Assembly: GCA_951406725.2 (NCBI GenBank)
Contig: OX597832.1
Location: 44,578,001 to 44,642,000, forward strand
DNA from: Octopus vulgaris
Lineage: Eukaryota
Direction: 5' to 3'
Length of the DNA stretch: 64,000 bases
The notes below the pieces were generated by a model, which saw only the letters and a list, made by a program, of their open reading frames with translations, was not told where the DNA came from and did no database searches. Shown piece after piece: positions 39,009 to 53,592 of this stretch (the stretch's first letter is position 1; each line of letters opens with the position of its first letter). The translations under genes and the position numbers were made by a program.

Positions 39009-42000
39009 GTATATATATATATGTCTGCCTGTCTCACTCTCTCTCACACAATCCCCATTGTTTTGACATTCATTTTTCCATGCTTATAAGGACTGGACAA
39101 AATTTGTTAAGTTAGATTTTCTATGACTGGATGCTTTTCCTGTTGTCAACCCTTGCCTGATTCCAAGTAAGGTGATATTTCCTCATGGCAAGACATGTTT
39201 TCACAGAAGATTGGAAATGAAGGTGCATGATGGTGATGCTGGTTTACAACTATCACACAATGCTAATGCAAGGGGACAATGATGCATATATATCTACACA
39301 CACACACACATGCATATACACATATACAAATATAAACACACATATACACACACGTGTGTGTGTGTATGTATATATATATATATATATATATCTGTGTGTG
39401 TTAGAGGACTACAGTAGAAGACACCACTCACCCAAGATGCTATGCAGTGGGATTGAACCTGAAACCATATGATTGGAAAGCAAACTTCTAATCACAAAGC
39501 CATCCCTGCAACTATGATATGTGCGCGTGTGTTTTAGAAAATTTGCTTGTCAGTGGTCAAAAAGATTGTGGACCTTTTTGGCAGCTGAGTGGGGTATATT
39601 TTGAAAACTAGATTTGGATGTTGCAAATTTTGATGCTTTTATTTAATATAATATACATTACTTGCATAAAAGTCTTCAAGTTTAGGTTAGGTTTTGTTAG
39701 CATTTACCATATAACGATTTAAAGCAGACACTGTACATGCATGCATGTGTGTGTGTGCATGGTAATCTGCAAATCCAGAATCCATAAATGAGAACCAAAG
39801 ATATGTAGGGTGAATTAACAATCCCAGCTGTTGTATCTGACAGTGTTTGTATATGTGCTGTGTGTGCAATGGAAAAAAAAAAACGATATACACACACACA
39901 CACACACACATACTCATGTATGTATACATACATACATACATACATACACATATATAGCGTTATGTAAATCAATGAGCACAAAAAGGGTTGAGGAGATGGC
40001 ATTGCGGTCGGGGATATCGACATACTTTGAATATCTAAAAGAAATGGTTAGTTAAGATAATTGCCAACAGGTTTTAAAAAAATTTTTTTTGAAAATTAAG
40101 TTAATGACGACATATAGTGGAGCAAAACGTAAAAATTTCAGTTTTTTCATTTTTTTTCTATTATCATCATCATCATCATAATTATTATTATTATTTATAC
40201 TGTTTTGCTAAAGGCACCCAAAAATGCATCAAGTCGACCACAGAAAAGCTGTTAAGAAACTACAGTGATGTAATAGTAACACATGGCAATGTAACAAACA
40301 CTGCTCAAATATAAAATAACACAAGAATAGTAAAAGATAACAGCTATGGCATATCTTAGTATGATTTTTTTTTCTCTCTCTTTTCACTTCAGTCTGCAAA
40401 CCAAAGGAAATTAGTGAAAGTAAAGGTATCATTGTCATAAACAAATTGTACGCGTGTATATATGAGTGTGCGATTAAATATATATATATATAAGGAGCAG
40501 ATATAAAACACTTGCCTTAGTCCAAAGTGGTGTACAAAATTAGAAATGAATTAATAGATAATAGAAAACAGAAAAAAAAACAACAACAACAAAGAAACAT
40601 ATAATAGAGAGCAAGTATTCATATTATATGTTTTTAGTATGAAGTGTTTATAATAAGATAAACGACCAATTATTGATGACACACATGTAATGTTGCAACA
40701 AGATAGCATGGAGGGAAGAAGATTAGCTGCATACAAATAAGTTACACAAGCCAAACTATAAAGGACTGATGGATGGAACGGAGGAACAAAGAGGGGGGGG
40801 GGTAAGGCATGAGCGGTGCAAAGTTAATAATTATTTCAACAACAAAAGGAGGGGGAGATCTGTGAGGTGTGTGGGGGGTAGAGTGGAAATCATAAAATAA
40901 ATAAAAGGACAAAATAAATCAGACATAACAGCTGTTTCGGGGAGATTTGATTTGTAAATCATTCATACAAGAATCTGCATTCTGTAATTATCGTCTTTTT
41001 TGCTTATTGGTAACATGAAAAAAAAAAAAAAAAGTGCTCAACTATTTACACCTGAGTTTTACCAAACCCACCCACAAAATTTTAATGAGTAGCTCTCCAG
41101 TCCTTAGATATCTCTCTTAGACGTGACGAACATATAATATCTGATTACAGTAATACGTGAAATACCTACTAGCTGAAACGGTGTTGCTGTTCCGGAATAA
41201 TTCAGCCCTGGTCCAGTAAACTTATGATCAAGGGCATCTTGTTATTTAGGATCACATTATCCATCATCATCATCATCATCATCGTTTACCGTCCGCTTTC
41301 CATGCTGGCATGGGTTGGATGGTTTGACCGGGGTCCGGGAAGCCAGAAGGCTGCACCAAGACTCCAGTCTGATCTGGCAGTGTTTCTACAGCCGGATGCC
41401 CTTCCTAACGTCAACCACACCGTGAGTGTAGTGGGTACTTTTTATGTGCCAGGCAAGGCTGGCAACGGTCACGATCGGTTGGTGCTTTTTATGTGCCACC
41501 AGCATGGAAGCCAGTCAAGGCGGTGCTGGCAATGGCCAAGTTCGGATGGTGCTTTTTACGTGCCACCGGCACAGGGATTACATTTACAATTTCCATTGAT
41601 TTTTGATGTTGATGTACTTGACTCAATAGGTCTCCTCAAGCACAGGGTCGAAACGGTGTTTCTTTAATTGCCACCTGCACAGGAGTCAGTCCAGCGGCAC
41701 TGGCAACTGCCAGGTGCCAGTCATAGGATTGGTTCAATTTCGATTCCGATTTTGATTTCACTTGCCCCAACAGGTGGAGATTTGACTGCTATTCTAGTAA
41801 GTTGACAGAACACATAGATGCCTCCCCCACAGGCCCCTGAAACACTGTAGACAATGAAGGTGTAAAGAATATTAAGATATTTCACAAAATATTAATTAAC
41901 TAAGGAATCTAAAAACACAGATACAATTGCTTAATGTATCACATGCTTATACTTTAGTCTTTGTTCTTCACTGCTTTTAAAAGTTTTGCCATTGCTTAAA

Positions 42001-43342
42001 TGGTGCCAGAAATTTGGACATTTGCATGAATTGTTGGAGCAAATGTTTTAGTAAAAGATATTGATCTTATTGCCAACTTCTCGACTATAAAACAAGAGTG
42101 CTGCCATGCATAGTTACAACAGAATGAAACAGAGCCAAAGTAAAATAAATAAATTAATCAATAACAGTGTGACGTTGTCAAAGAATCCGCAGCAAAGTAA
42201 AATGAAAAGTGAGAGAGTGTATCTCCCTTTGGTGTCTGAAAAAACTATACATTTGATTACACAATCTGACAACTAATTTTTTACACTTATTTCTATAACA
42301 AACTAAGGGATGTCTAGAGAATTTACCAGACGAAATATCAAGTCAGCTGAAAAAAAAAGTCAATTTGAAAAGATAGTTATGTCAAATAGTATAAAATTTA
42401 TGTTGTTGAATTAAAGCCACTAACATATTCAAAGCAATTCAAACTCTCAGGCAGAAAATGAAGTTAATATATGTCCATGAATGAAAGAGTATATCAGAAC
42501 AAGATTCCTCAGTCTTTTAAACATGTCTAAATAAAGAATTTATACAAGCAAAAGAGAAAAACTAGAAATATAGGACAAAGGTAAAAACGACAAGACAAAA
42601 GACCCAAAATAGATAGCATGTATGATGGATAATTGAAAAGAATTAAGAATTCTTTATGTATAAATTCTTTGTGTTCAGCCTGTAACAGCTGCAGTGGACA
42701 GTAATGGAGGCTAGCTTAGAAGAATATAATTTAATATTCTACAACAGCTTGAATATAGATGGCAAAAAGCAGTAAAATATGATAGGAAACTAGTACAAAG
42801 AATTTCTAAGAATTTCTAAGTTCCAGGTCTTGTCAGGACTCTTAGTTATAGAAATCAAACCATCAGATTTAGATCATTAATCATACAGAGAAGCAAGATG
42901 ACTAGCAAGTTTCTTATGGATGAAGAAATGGCTTCAGGGATATTTGCGAAGAATATGAAGGATAGCTGTGGAAGAAACAACAAATATATCTGTTTCATAT
43001 TTACAGATAAAAAGATCTCGGTTTTCTTTCTGAATAAGTTATAACAGTTACAGTATAATAAACTATCATACACCTTCAGGAAATTAAAACTTATCAGTAA
43101 TCAGAGTATATAGATAGACATATTAAAACTACTAAGTCTCTCTAAAGGAGATTACGGCAGCGTTACTGAATATTAATAGTTATCGCCATACTAATATGGC
43201 AGTCTATAAATAAAAGATTAAAGCTGTCGCTGATTAGCTCCAAGAGGCCACCGCCTCTAGCTAGCTATATGACACACGAACCTGCGTCCATTACAACCTT
43301 CGAACAGGGGAGGTCAGCCGCTTCACCTTGCTAGTCATACAT

Positions 43343-43383
43343 CTGCAGACATGTTTCAGGGTTGTTGCCCTTTATCAATGCAG
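43343..43383 (-). ncRNA. minimal hammerhead motif, U3-A8 core variant
   Basis: CTGCA-TTGATAA-AGGG-CAACAA-CCCT-GAAA-CATG-TC-TGCAG. Confidence 0.7.
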
Positions 43384-43951
43384 CGTAGTCAGAACCAGCA
43401 GGTGTCGCTACAGACCGTCTGTTCGAAGAGTATATAGAATTCTATTTAAATTACTCTGACTTTCTTTAAGAGAAAAACAACAAACAAACAACACCCTAAT
43501 TCAGACAAGCATGAAGCAAGAGATTGAAGTGAAGATCATTTTACTCCCATTGAGACAGACATTCCTAAAGAGGTTTTGTATTCTACCAATGTAGAAATGA
43601 AACAGATTCAATGCTATGAAACATATACAGGAATAGCAAAGAACATTTTCCTAACAGAATGCCATATACAAGCTTGATGCTACACAAGTTTACTTCAAAT
43701 ACACAACATTTTTCAGTGCAACGTATGTAATCAAGAAGAATTTCCCTTTCCGACAATATTACGATAGTTTATCTTTTGTGAGTGGGATTTTCTTTTGTAA
43801 ATACTTTTCCCTATTCTGAGAGTCGATCTATTTTGATAGATTATTCTAGTCAGCCCAACAATGAGTACCTCAATAACCCATGACCTTTAATGGTCAGAAT
43901 GATCAGTACTTTATACTTAGTAACCTTAGTTTAGTCAAAATGTATCAAACC

Positions 43952-43994
<43 letters not shown>

Positions 43995-44150
43995 CATATA
44001 TATATATAAAAACCCCACCAATATATCACTTGATAGTAGCTGTAAAGGAGCTAAAAAATAGGAAATTTTATACACATCTGTATATATATATATCTATATA
44101 TATATATTATATACATACACACACATGTGCACATATGTATACAAGTGTGT

Positions 44151-44189
<39 letters not shown>

Positions 44190-44262
44190 CAGATGTGTAT
44201 ATGTGTGCATGTGTATAAAATATGAGCATACATGCGCACATATATGTATACAAGTGTGTATG

Positions 44263-44303
<41 letters not shown>

Positions 44304-44826
44304 GTGTGCACATATATGTATATATATGGATATACATATGTAATTTTTAAAGGTAGGCTAGGAGTAACTTTCTTTCTTAATTATCTACTTAAATTATAAT
44401 CATACAACTTGATGAGTCAATAATTTCTACTCTTGAACATGAAAAAAAAAAAAAAAAAAATTAACATTGAAATAACCTTAAAGAAAACCTGTTGTAATTA
44501 TAATTAGCCGTAACGATTACAAGGCAAAAACTGAACAGGAGAAAAAAAAAATCAATGAGAATATGACCAGTAATGACACACGAGATTAGCTTAGTGCCTT
44601 AGGTGAAGAAACACTAGAAACTATCTATGTTTCTCCGCTTGTATAGAAACTATATATATTTCTGTTGCTGGCGAGAAAACTTGACCTGTACTTTTACATT
44701 CAACCCACCCAGATTTAGTCAAGATTCTCACTGGAACACAGTAAACAAATGTTTAAGAGTGCAGAATTTCAATTCAGTGTATATCTTTTATAGCAAGTTG
44801 TTTACAACCTCTGATCAATATGTCTC

Positions 44827-44870
<44 letters not shown>

Positions 44871-45372
44871 CATATATATACATATATAAAAGATATATAT
44901 ATATACATATATAAAAGATATATATATATATACATATATAAAAGATCTATATATATACATATATAAAAGATATATATATATACATATATAAAAGATATAT
45001 ATATATATACATATATACACATATATACATATACATATATATATATACACACATATATATACATATATAAATATACATATATATATATACATATATAAAT
45101 ATATACATATATATATACATATATAAATATATATACATATATATATATATATACATATATAAATGTATACATATATATATATATAAATATATACATAAAT
45201 ATATAAATATATACATATATATATACATATATAAATATATATACATATACATATATATATACATATATAAATGTATACATATATATATATATAAATAAAT
45301 ATATACATATATATATATATATATACATAAATATATACATAAATATATATATATATATATATATATACATAA

Positions 45373-45422
<50 letters not shown>

Positions 45423-45946
45423 TACACACACACACATATATATATAAAAGATATATATATATATATATCTTTCTATATATATATATATAAAAAACAAATT
45501 GATTTAGGATTAAGAAACGAAGACAGAATTAATTTTGAGTGGTAGGCTTGACCTGTTGCCTGGTTTGGCATCTTTACCATTTAGGCCCTTGAATGCTTTC
45601 GTCAGACACCGTTCTGTTGCAAGCATTTGGGCCAGGTCTCCAGGGTGAGGATGACTGCCTCCTGCCAGTCTCAAAATCCCCGACAAAGGTCATCAGTGCA
45701 ACATTTCCTTCTCTGTCTTAGTTTGGAAACAGTCAGTCATAATAACAGCGATACACGGTGTCTATCGTTTACTACATAACTAGCAGATTACTAGTAAGTA
45801 ACGCTAATACCAAAGTAGGATGGAAACATAAAAATATAGGCTTCGTACACAAGATTTTTATTTACATGAGAAAGACAGGAAGAAAAAGCAACTGTTTTAT
45901 ATATATATAATTACTATTGTATACAGGCATAGACACAGACACACAG

Positions 45947-45983
<37 letters not shown>

Positions 45984-46004
45984 CACACACAAATGTTTGT
46001 GTGG

Positions 46005-46039
<35 letters not shown>

Positions 46040-46238
46040 CTCACTACCGTACAAAATTCTGGTGCATCTGACTTAAGTACCATATTCATTTGAATCTAAA
46101 TTTTGCTGAACTTATATATATATATATACACATACATACACAAATGTTTGTTTGTATATACATATATATATATATACATGCACACACAAATGTTTGTGCG
46201 TATATACATATATATATATACACACACAAATTTCTCTG

Positions 46239-46288
<50 letters not shown>

Positions 46289-47751
46289 TACACACACACA
46301 CAAATGTTAGCAGAAGATTGTAGTTTTTAATCAAATTAAAAGGGAGAATTCAACAAAGGAGGGAGAATCAGTCGCCATTAAAACCATTCGCTGAAGAAGC
46401 CCAGAGGGAGCGTGTGAACAAATGGAAGCTTTTCACAGTAAATGAACACAAGCACAAGACAAGACAGCAACAACAAATGTAGCAGGGGAATTATTAATAA
46501 AAAAAAAAAAAAAAATTCACGAAACATTAACCCTGCCCCCTCCATCAAAAAACAAAATAAAAAAAAAAAAAGCAAAGAACAAAAACAAAAAAGAAGTGAG
46601 AATTAAAACAATTCAACAATGAAATAATTACAAAAATATAAAAAGAACGAAGAGCGATTCTTGTTAATCTGGGGGTTTGTTTTAATCGTAGGTGAGTGAT
46701 TTAAAAACTGTCAGCCAAAGTGTTACTGTTTTGTTTTTTGTAAGGTAGAGTGGAATGAGTGGTTAAGATGCAACGGCAAGCGACAACAATAACGAGCACA
46801 CGGTTCGTTTAATTTCCGAATCCTGTTTTGGCTTTGATACAACATGCGTTTTGCTTTATTTGACTGGAATATATATATACACAGACACGTTCCTGAAATT
46901 CATATCTACATCTTTATCTGTATATTTACCTTCTCTAGGATGTTACTAATTGATTTGAGAACTTTATATTATTGGAAAACCTATATGGAATTAGCTGAAG
47001 ATTACTTGACATACTATATCTGCTGTAATACTTACAGCTTTTAATAAAATGTTATAGTATGAAACAATTGTACTAAATTACCGGATCCATTCTTGTTGCT
47101 TATTTTTTGATATATACACAGACACTATATACATTTGTAAACACCAATTTAGGAACTAAAAGAAACGAAGAAGAAACAATTCCTTGACAAGAATTGAACC
47201 ATGCATCACTTGCTTACTCAGTAAATGTGTAACTGGTTATACTGACAACATTCAGATACATGGTTCTAATCCCACCATTGGATTTGTTGGCTTTCAATTG
47301 CAGATTAATGTTTACAAGCGTATTAAGTTGATATTAAAATTCATATATATACATATGTATATATATATACACACACATGTATGTATATGTATCATCATCA
47401 TCCTTTAATGTCCGTTTTCCATGCCTGCATGGTATGTGTGTGTGTGTGTGTGTATATATATAAGTAATTTTTATGCATAGTTATATATGAAAGCAGTCAC
47501 GCACCAATTGAATGACCACTCGATGCATTTAACTAGCAGAGCATCGCATTTACTTTTAGAAGGAAAAGTTGATAGTGACTTCAAAGAGAAAATTTGAAGT
47601 CACTATCAACCTTTCCCTTGTAAAAGTAAATATATGGTTTGCTTTCCATTACAGTAATAAGATGTAGCTATTTATAACCAAGTTGTCAAGCTCATTAAAT
47701 CGAAAGATGCTGGTGACAGTATATGAATCAATGAGCCTTCACGTATATATA

Positions 47752-47804
<53 letters not shown>

Positions 47805-47881
47805 ATATATGTATGTGTGTGTGTGTATATATGTATATATATATATATGTGTGTATATATATATGTGTGTGTGTATATATG

Positions 47882-47976
<95 letters not shown>

Positions 47977-49351
47977 GTATATATATATATATGTATATAT
48001 ATATATGTATATATATATATATGTATGTATATATACATACACACACACAGGTGTATGATTAAAAGTGTGTGTGTGTACCTGTACTCTATTAACATCAATA
48101 CATACAGGTAAAAACACATGTAAATCAGCTTAGAAATTACTGGAAGACGTAGATCTGCACATTGCGAAAACTTGCTTTATAAAGAGAAATAAAATAATAA
48201 TAAGAACTACGCTAAATGTCTCTTCAACGAGAGAAATCAGCTTATCTAAACTCATTTTTAGCAAGAATGGCATTCTGTTGCAACACTGCACAACTCAGAC
48301 ACCCTCTGTAAATAGAGATAGTAATTGTGAAATGTTCTTTAAATTCTGACTAATTGCTTGACCTTCTGCAAGCCAGACATATTGATGTAATATAGCTTCA
48401 TATTTGACTTGGGTAGTTTTTTTGAAACAATAAAACATCCAAATGGAGACAACACAGATTACGTATACGCTATGAGTAATACGAAGAGGCAGGAGCATAG
48501 TGATGTTGGAGAGTAGGTAATGAGATTTTGTAAGGCAAAAAAAAAAAAAAAAGAATTTTTTTTAAATATCTTCGATAAAAATAATTTTTTTTTTTTTACT
48601 TTTTAGTTTAAAATATTTTTTAATGCTTTTTATAAATATTTGTTAACACATTTGATACTAATCTGCATCAGACTGGTTTTTTAAAAATTTTAATTTGAAA
48701 TAGAAAAATCATCCATTTTAAACAGTTCATATTTAAAACCCTCTCCTTGTAATTTCATGTAAGAATTCTTTGCCAGTTTATGTTCCAAATACTAGTTTAA
48801 TAACGACAAATTTAGATTATTTTAATAAATTTTTCCTACTTTGCAAGATAGTCTGAAATAACTTAGGAAGGGTATTCCATTAGAAATATGGCCACCAAAA
48901 GGTTAATCATGTTTAGTGTAGAATAATGGATTAAATGGCTTCTCTAGTGATTCTCAATGATGGAGGAGAATTCCATTTGGTTGGTCAATGGAGTTACCTA
49001 CATATTCAATTCTATGGCTGAGTACTCCACAGACAACTGTCCCTCTAATGTAATCCTCTACCAGAATCAACATAATGCAAAGTGAGATAAGGCTGACCCT
49101 TTAATTAACAGGCACAGGCCATCTAACAACTTTCCACACAGGTTCCCTCTGTCTAATTTCATAAGGCCTAGCTTGACCAATGGTCGTGGTGACACACACA
49201 TACATATGAATGGTATATTATACACGTATAAAATTTTACTCTAGAATGCTGAACTTATACCAATTTGGATGGAACGCGTAACAAGCACTTCAGCAGAGCC
49301 AGTTACCATTTGTCCCATGTATTTATCAAGATTAGCTGAAGTTAAGTTTAA

Positions 49352-49572
49352 CCCTTAAGTGTTTAAACCGGCCATATCCGGCCAAAATATTCTACCTATT
49401 TTATGTTCAAAAGTAGTCAGATATGGTCATTCATAGCTACCCTATTGTGTCATTTTAAAAATAAACAATCACATCATTGAAATCTTGAAGCCATGAAATG
49501 ATGCAAGATTAATTTTACATGGTGTGAATATATAAGCTTTACATTTGACAGAATAATCTGAATGCTAAAGGG
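49352..49572. mobile_element. piggyBac-type MITE, family 2
   Basis: TTAA|CCCTT...AAAGGG|TTAA; relatives at 11630-12185 (interrupted) and 1-77 (partial). Confidence 0.8.
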
Positions 49573-51184
49573 TTAAGAATTGCACTATACTTTGCTATCA
49601 TTATTACTACTTTTTTCAGAACGTCATTAATCCCCAACAGCTGGATGCTTTTCTGGCTGCCAACTCTTTTCGGTTTCCAAGGAAAGCAATATTTCTCTGA
49701 ACACAAGAGCTTCTTTCAGTATACTTGGAACTTAGCTCTATATCCCACAAAATATATAACAGAATAGATGCTAGCATTAAAAATAATCACATTTAGTGAA
49801 TGCCATAGCCTCCTAGGTCAAATGGAACGGTTTAAAATTGTGTTCATCAGTGTATCTAGGGCACACCAGCTTAGCATAGTTCACCCCTGTGCTAACTATT
49901 ACCCACAGGAGGAGCTGAAACAAGGACCGCAAAATAACGAAACCCTGCAATTTTAGATCACTGCTTATGCATCACTCTGTAATGCCTACTAATAAAATAG
50001 GAGAACCGAAATTGACAAGTAAAGTTTCTTAGTCATAGATGCAATACCAAATTACTGACTATTCAGTCTGATATGCTAACAACTTGGTCATCTGTGGTTT
50101 TCCGATTAGATTATACCATACCACCACTATAGAGATCTAATTATGCAGACCAAAGCCAGGTAACAACTTTGACCAATTACGAAGGACTTGTACACTACCT
50201 CCTATTTCATTTGTCTTTATACTTCCTCTTAACTATCAATGTCATCATCATCATCATTGTTTAACATCCACCTTCCATGCTGGCATGGGTTGGACAGTTT
50301 GACAGGAGCTGGCCGGGCATGAGCCAGCACCTGACTTCTGTCTGTTTTGGCATGGTTTTTAACAGTCGAATGCCCTTCATAATAGCGACCACCCAGCAGA
50401 GTGGACAATGTGTATCTTAACTACAGCAACGAACCAATCAGCGTTCTGAGACTTACTCCAGATATGTCCTAAATGAGCAGACCTATGATCATAGACACCC
50501 CAACCACGACAATCTAGCCTTGTAAATTTGCTACTAAATGTGTTATTCTTATATTAAGTTTGTCAGTGTGTTTTGAAGAAAATTTGGCTGTTCGCCCCAC
50601 CCCCATCCAACAGGTTGAGTAACAATATAGCGGTTCCTCTTATGAAGTGATGGTCTACATAATCAGTAAGGTGGATGATGAGGAATTGGTAATGGAATCA
50701 CAGACTTACACTCAAGCATCTACAGTAATGGCAATATAATTCTTATAACTATATACATCATACAATATTGCAATAAGCAATGTCTCATTAACAGAACTTC
50801 ATTACTTGAATAACAGGCCTAAACCATTTCTGGCTCTTAAGAGTCACCAGGATGATAAATCACCAGTGATTCCTTGTGGAATATCAAAACCATTTTGTAT
50901 GGTACTTAAATGTTACTGCCTGCTCATTTAAAGCATTTCTACAACTATCTATCAAAGAAATGCAATTAATATATCAATTAATCACCACTGGTTACATAAT
51001 ATTGCAAAAGCAGATCAACAGATTTTGTTATCTTGATAACATAACTTGAGCTAGGGATGTTTATATCAAAAGTCTTGCATCAAGTGTAAGAAAACGATAG
51101 ACAGAAGTTTAAGGTTTTGGCACACTCTAGTATCACGAAAAGGGAAGGACATACAGAATACTGTAATCCCGAATATCTACCACA

Positions 51185-51730
51185 AGGTCCAGTTCTTGGT
51201 GAGGTGTGATGGCTTGTGTGCCTCAATGACTTCAAGAAGCTATGCCAGTGAAGTGCAAACTCTTTATAGAGCCACTCATGCTGGATGGGGTCAAGAGATA
51301 GAAGCCAGCCTAATATGGACCACTTTTTCCCAGAAGTAAAAATGGGTTTTGCATAGGACAAACAGCCTTATCTAGAAAAAAAGAAAAAGTTACTGGAGCA
51401 TTGATGACAGACAATTCAAAACCAACAAGGCCTGCAAGAGGAAGGCCTTTTGTCAGGGAAATATCTGATGCAGTGCAGTAAAAACCAAATGGAAGGATAG
51501 GCTACTCCATAAGGAAATCCATATGCTGCATTACACATCAGGTTCTGGCCTGGAATCCACAAAGGAGGCAGAAGACGGGATACCCATAAGATAGTTGGAG
51601 GTGGGATACTGAGGCAGGGTCGGAAAAGCAGAGATCCAACTGGAGAGACAGTCCAGAGTTGACTGAGAACAGTGGAGAAAAGTTGTTGATGGCCTGTGCT
51701 CCATAGGGAATGAAGAGGTTAAGTAAGTAA
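51185..51730 (+). mobile_element. degenerate RTE LINE pieces
   Basis: Decayed C-terminal WIGH..LRK..WNPQ.RRR.P-like coding sequence, short (GTAA)n tail, RTE-5'UTR-like upstream segment. Confidence 0.55.
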
Positions 51731-53582
51731 ATATCAGCTATATAATGACCAAGAGAAAGCCAGGATGGTCATGATGGGAATGTGTTTGATCACAGGTTTT
51801 CTCGATAAGGGCTGACCAGAGGCAAAATAACAACAATAATCCTTCATACTATAGGTATAAGGCTAGAAATTTGCAGGGAGGAGGTAAGTCGATCACACTG
51901 ACCATAGTACTTAACTGGTACTTGATTTATTGGCCCTGAAAGGATGAAAGGTAAAGTTGACCCCAGCAGCATTTGAACTCAGAACGTAAAGTCGAACAAA
52001 ATGCCGCTAAGCATTTTGTTAGGCGTGCTAACAATTTTGCCAGCTCGTTGCCTTAACAACAACAACAACAACAATCATCATCATCATCGTTTAACATCCG
52101 TTCTCCATGCTCGCATGGGTTGGACGGTTCGACCGGGGATCTGGGAAGCCAGAAGGCTGCACCAGGCTCAGTCTGATCTGGCAGTGTTTCTAAAGCTGGA
52201 TTCCCTTCCTAACGCCAACCACTCCGTGAGTGTAGTGGGTGCTTTTTACGTGCCACCGGCACAGGTGCCAGGCAAGGCTGGCAATGGCCACGATCGGATT
52301 GGTGCATTTTATGTGACACCGGCATGGAAGCCAGTCAAGGCGGCGCTGGCATTGGCCATGATTCGGATAGTGCTTTTTATGTGCCACCGGCACGGAAGCC
52401 AGTCTAGGCGGCGCTGGCAAATATTGAAAAATTATTTTAAAATAACAATCCAAGCATAGACTCTATCGGTACTGGACTACACTATTGAGTCAATGAGTTA
52501 TCCAGATTAGTCTCCAGTTCAGATTAGTCTCCATCACGGACTTGGAGTTTTCCTTTGTATTGATCAACATGTAGAGAAAAGAAAATCTTGCGCTGAGATG
52601 TCTTAGCTTGATTGTGGAAAGGAGTGCGTCTAAGTCTGTGACATTTAATTTTTTCAGAATTTATTGGTTCTTAATGAACAGTTCAAACCACTTTGATGTA
52701 TTGATAGCAATATAATTATTAAAAACTAATGAACAGATCACACAATGGATAAGATAGACTATCTGGAAGGCTTTGATGAGAGAGAGAGAAGGAAGGAAGG
52801 TGGGTGTATTATTTAGTGAAACTTCTATCAAAACTGAATTGATTTCAAAAGGTGTTAACGTAGAATAGATGAATTTAAGAACAATGCGTTATTAAATATC
52901 TTTCCATCTTGAACGCAGCATACATTTGTTGCCTTATTTGTCAACGTATGCTAATGAAAGCGATTAAAATCTCGTGTCCAACTGAACGAATGATGATATC
53001 TTAAATTATTCTGTTCTTATTATTCCTTAACAAAAGGCTAACACCTTCTTTAAAAAAAAAAAAAGAAAAAAAGCCATGGAAATATAAAAGTTACTTGGAA
53101 ACAGCAGAGATCAAAAAGAAATGATGAAAGAATTAAATTAAGTTGGATAAATTTTAAGCAAAAAAAAATTAATTAATTAAAAAAAAAAGCCCTGAATTTC
53201 TGTTGAAGGTTTACACACTAAGAACAGTGGTTACAATGGTTTACCATTGTAACTATTATGGATGGTAATGCATAACATGTGTGTGTGTGTGTGTGTGTTA
53301 ACTATTGTGGATTCTTCCTTATTATGATACATAAAAGGTAAAAATGAATAACTCAACGGAAAAGTGAATAAAAATGGAAACAAACGTAAAAAAAAAATAC
53401 AATAAGAACGGAAAGCATGCAATGGAAATGAAATATGTTAGGAGAATGGAATTGTAAAATCACAACAGCTCCAAGAAAACATTGAGGGTGGTTGAGGGAA
53501 GAATGGGCGAGGGAACAGAACTATCAGCCACTGATGCAAGGTGAAGATAACAAAAAGAGTTACAGAAAGCAGTTATATTTTA

Positions 53583-53592
53583 GCAAGGATAC
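53583..53592 (-). promoter_or_regulatory. second candidate U12 5' splice site
   Basis: GTATCCTTGCT, identical over 11 nt to the main donor, 125 nt downstream. Confidence 0.55.

Noticed and set aside
45575-45700. Antizyme-like ORF1 ending GPKW
   Set aside because: No TCC-TGA frameshift site or antizyme ORF2 exon was found
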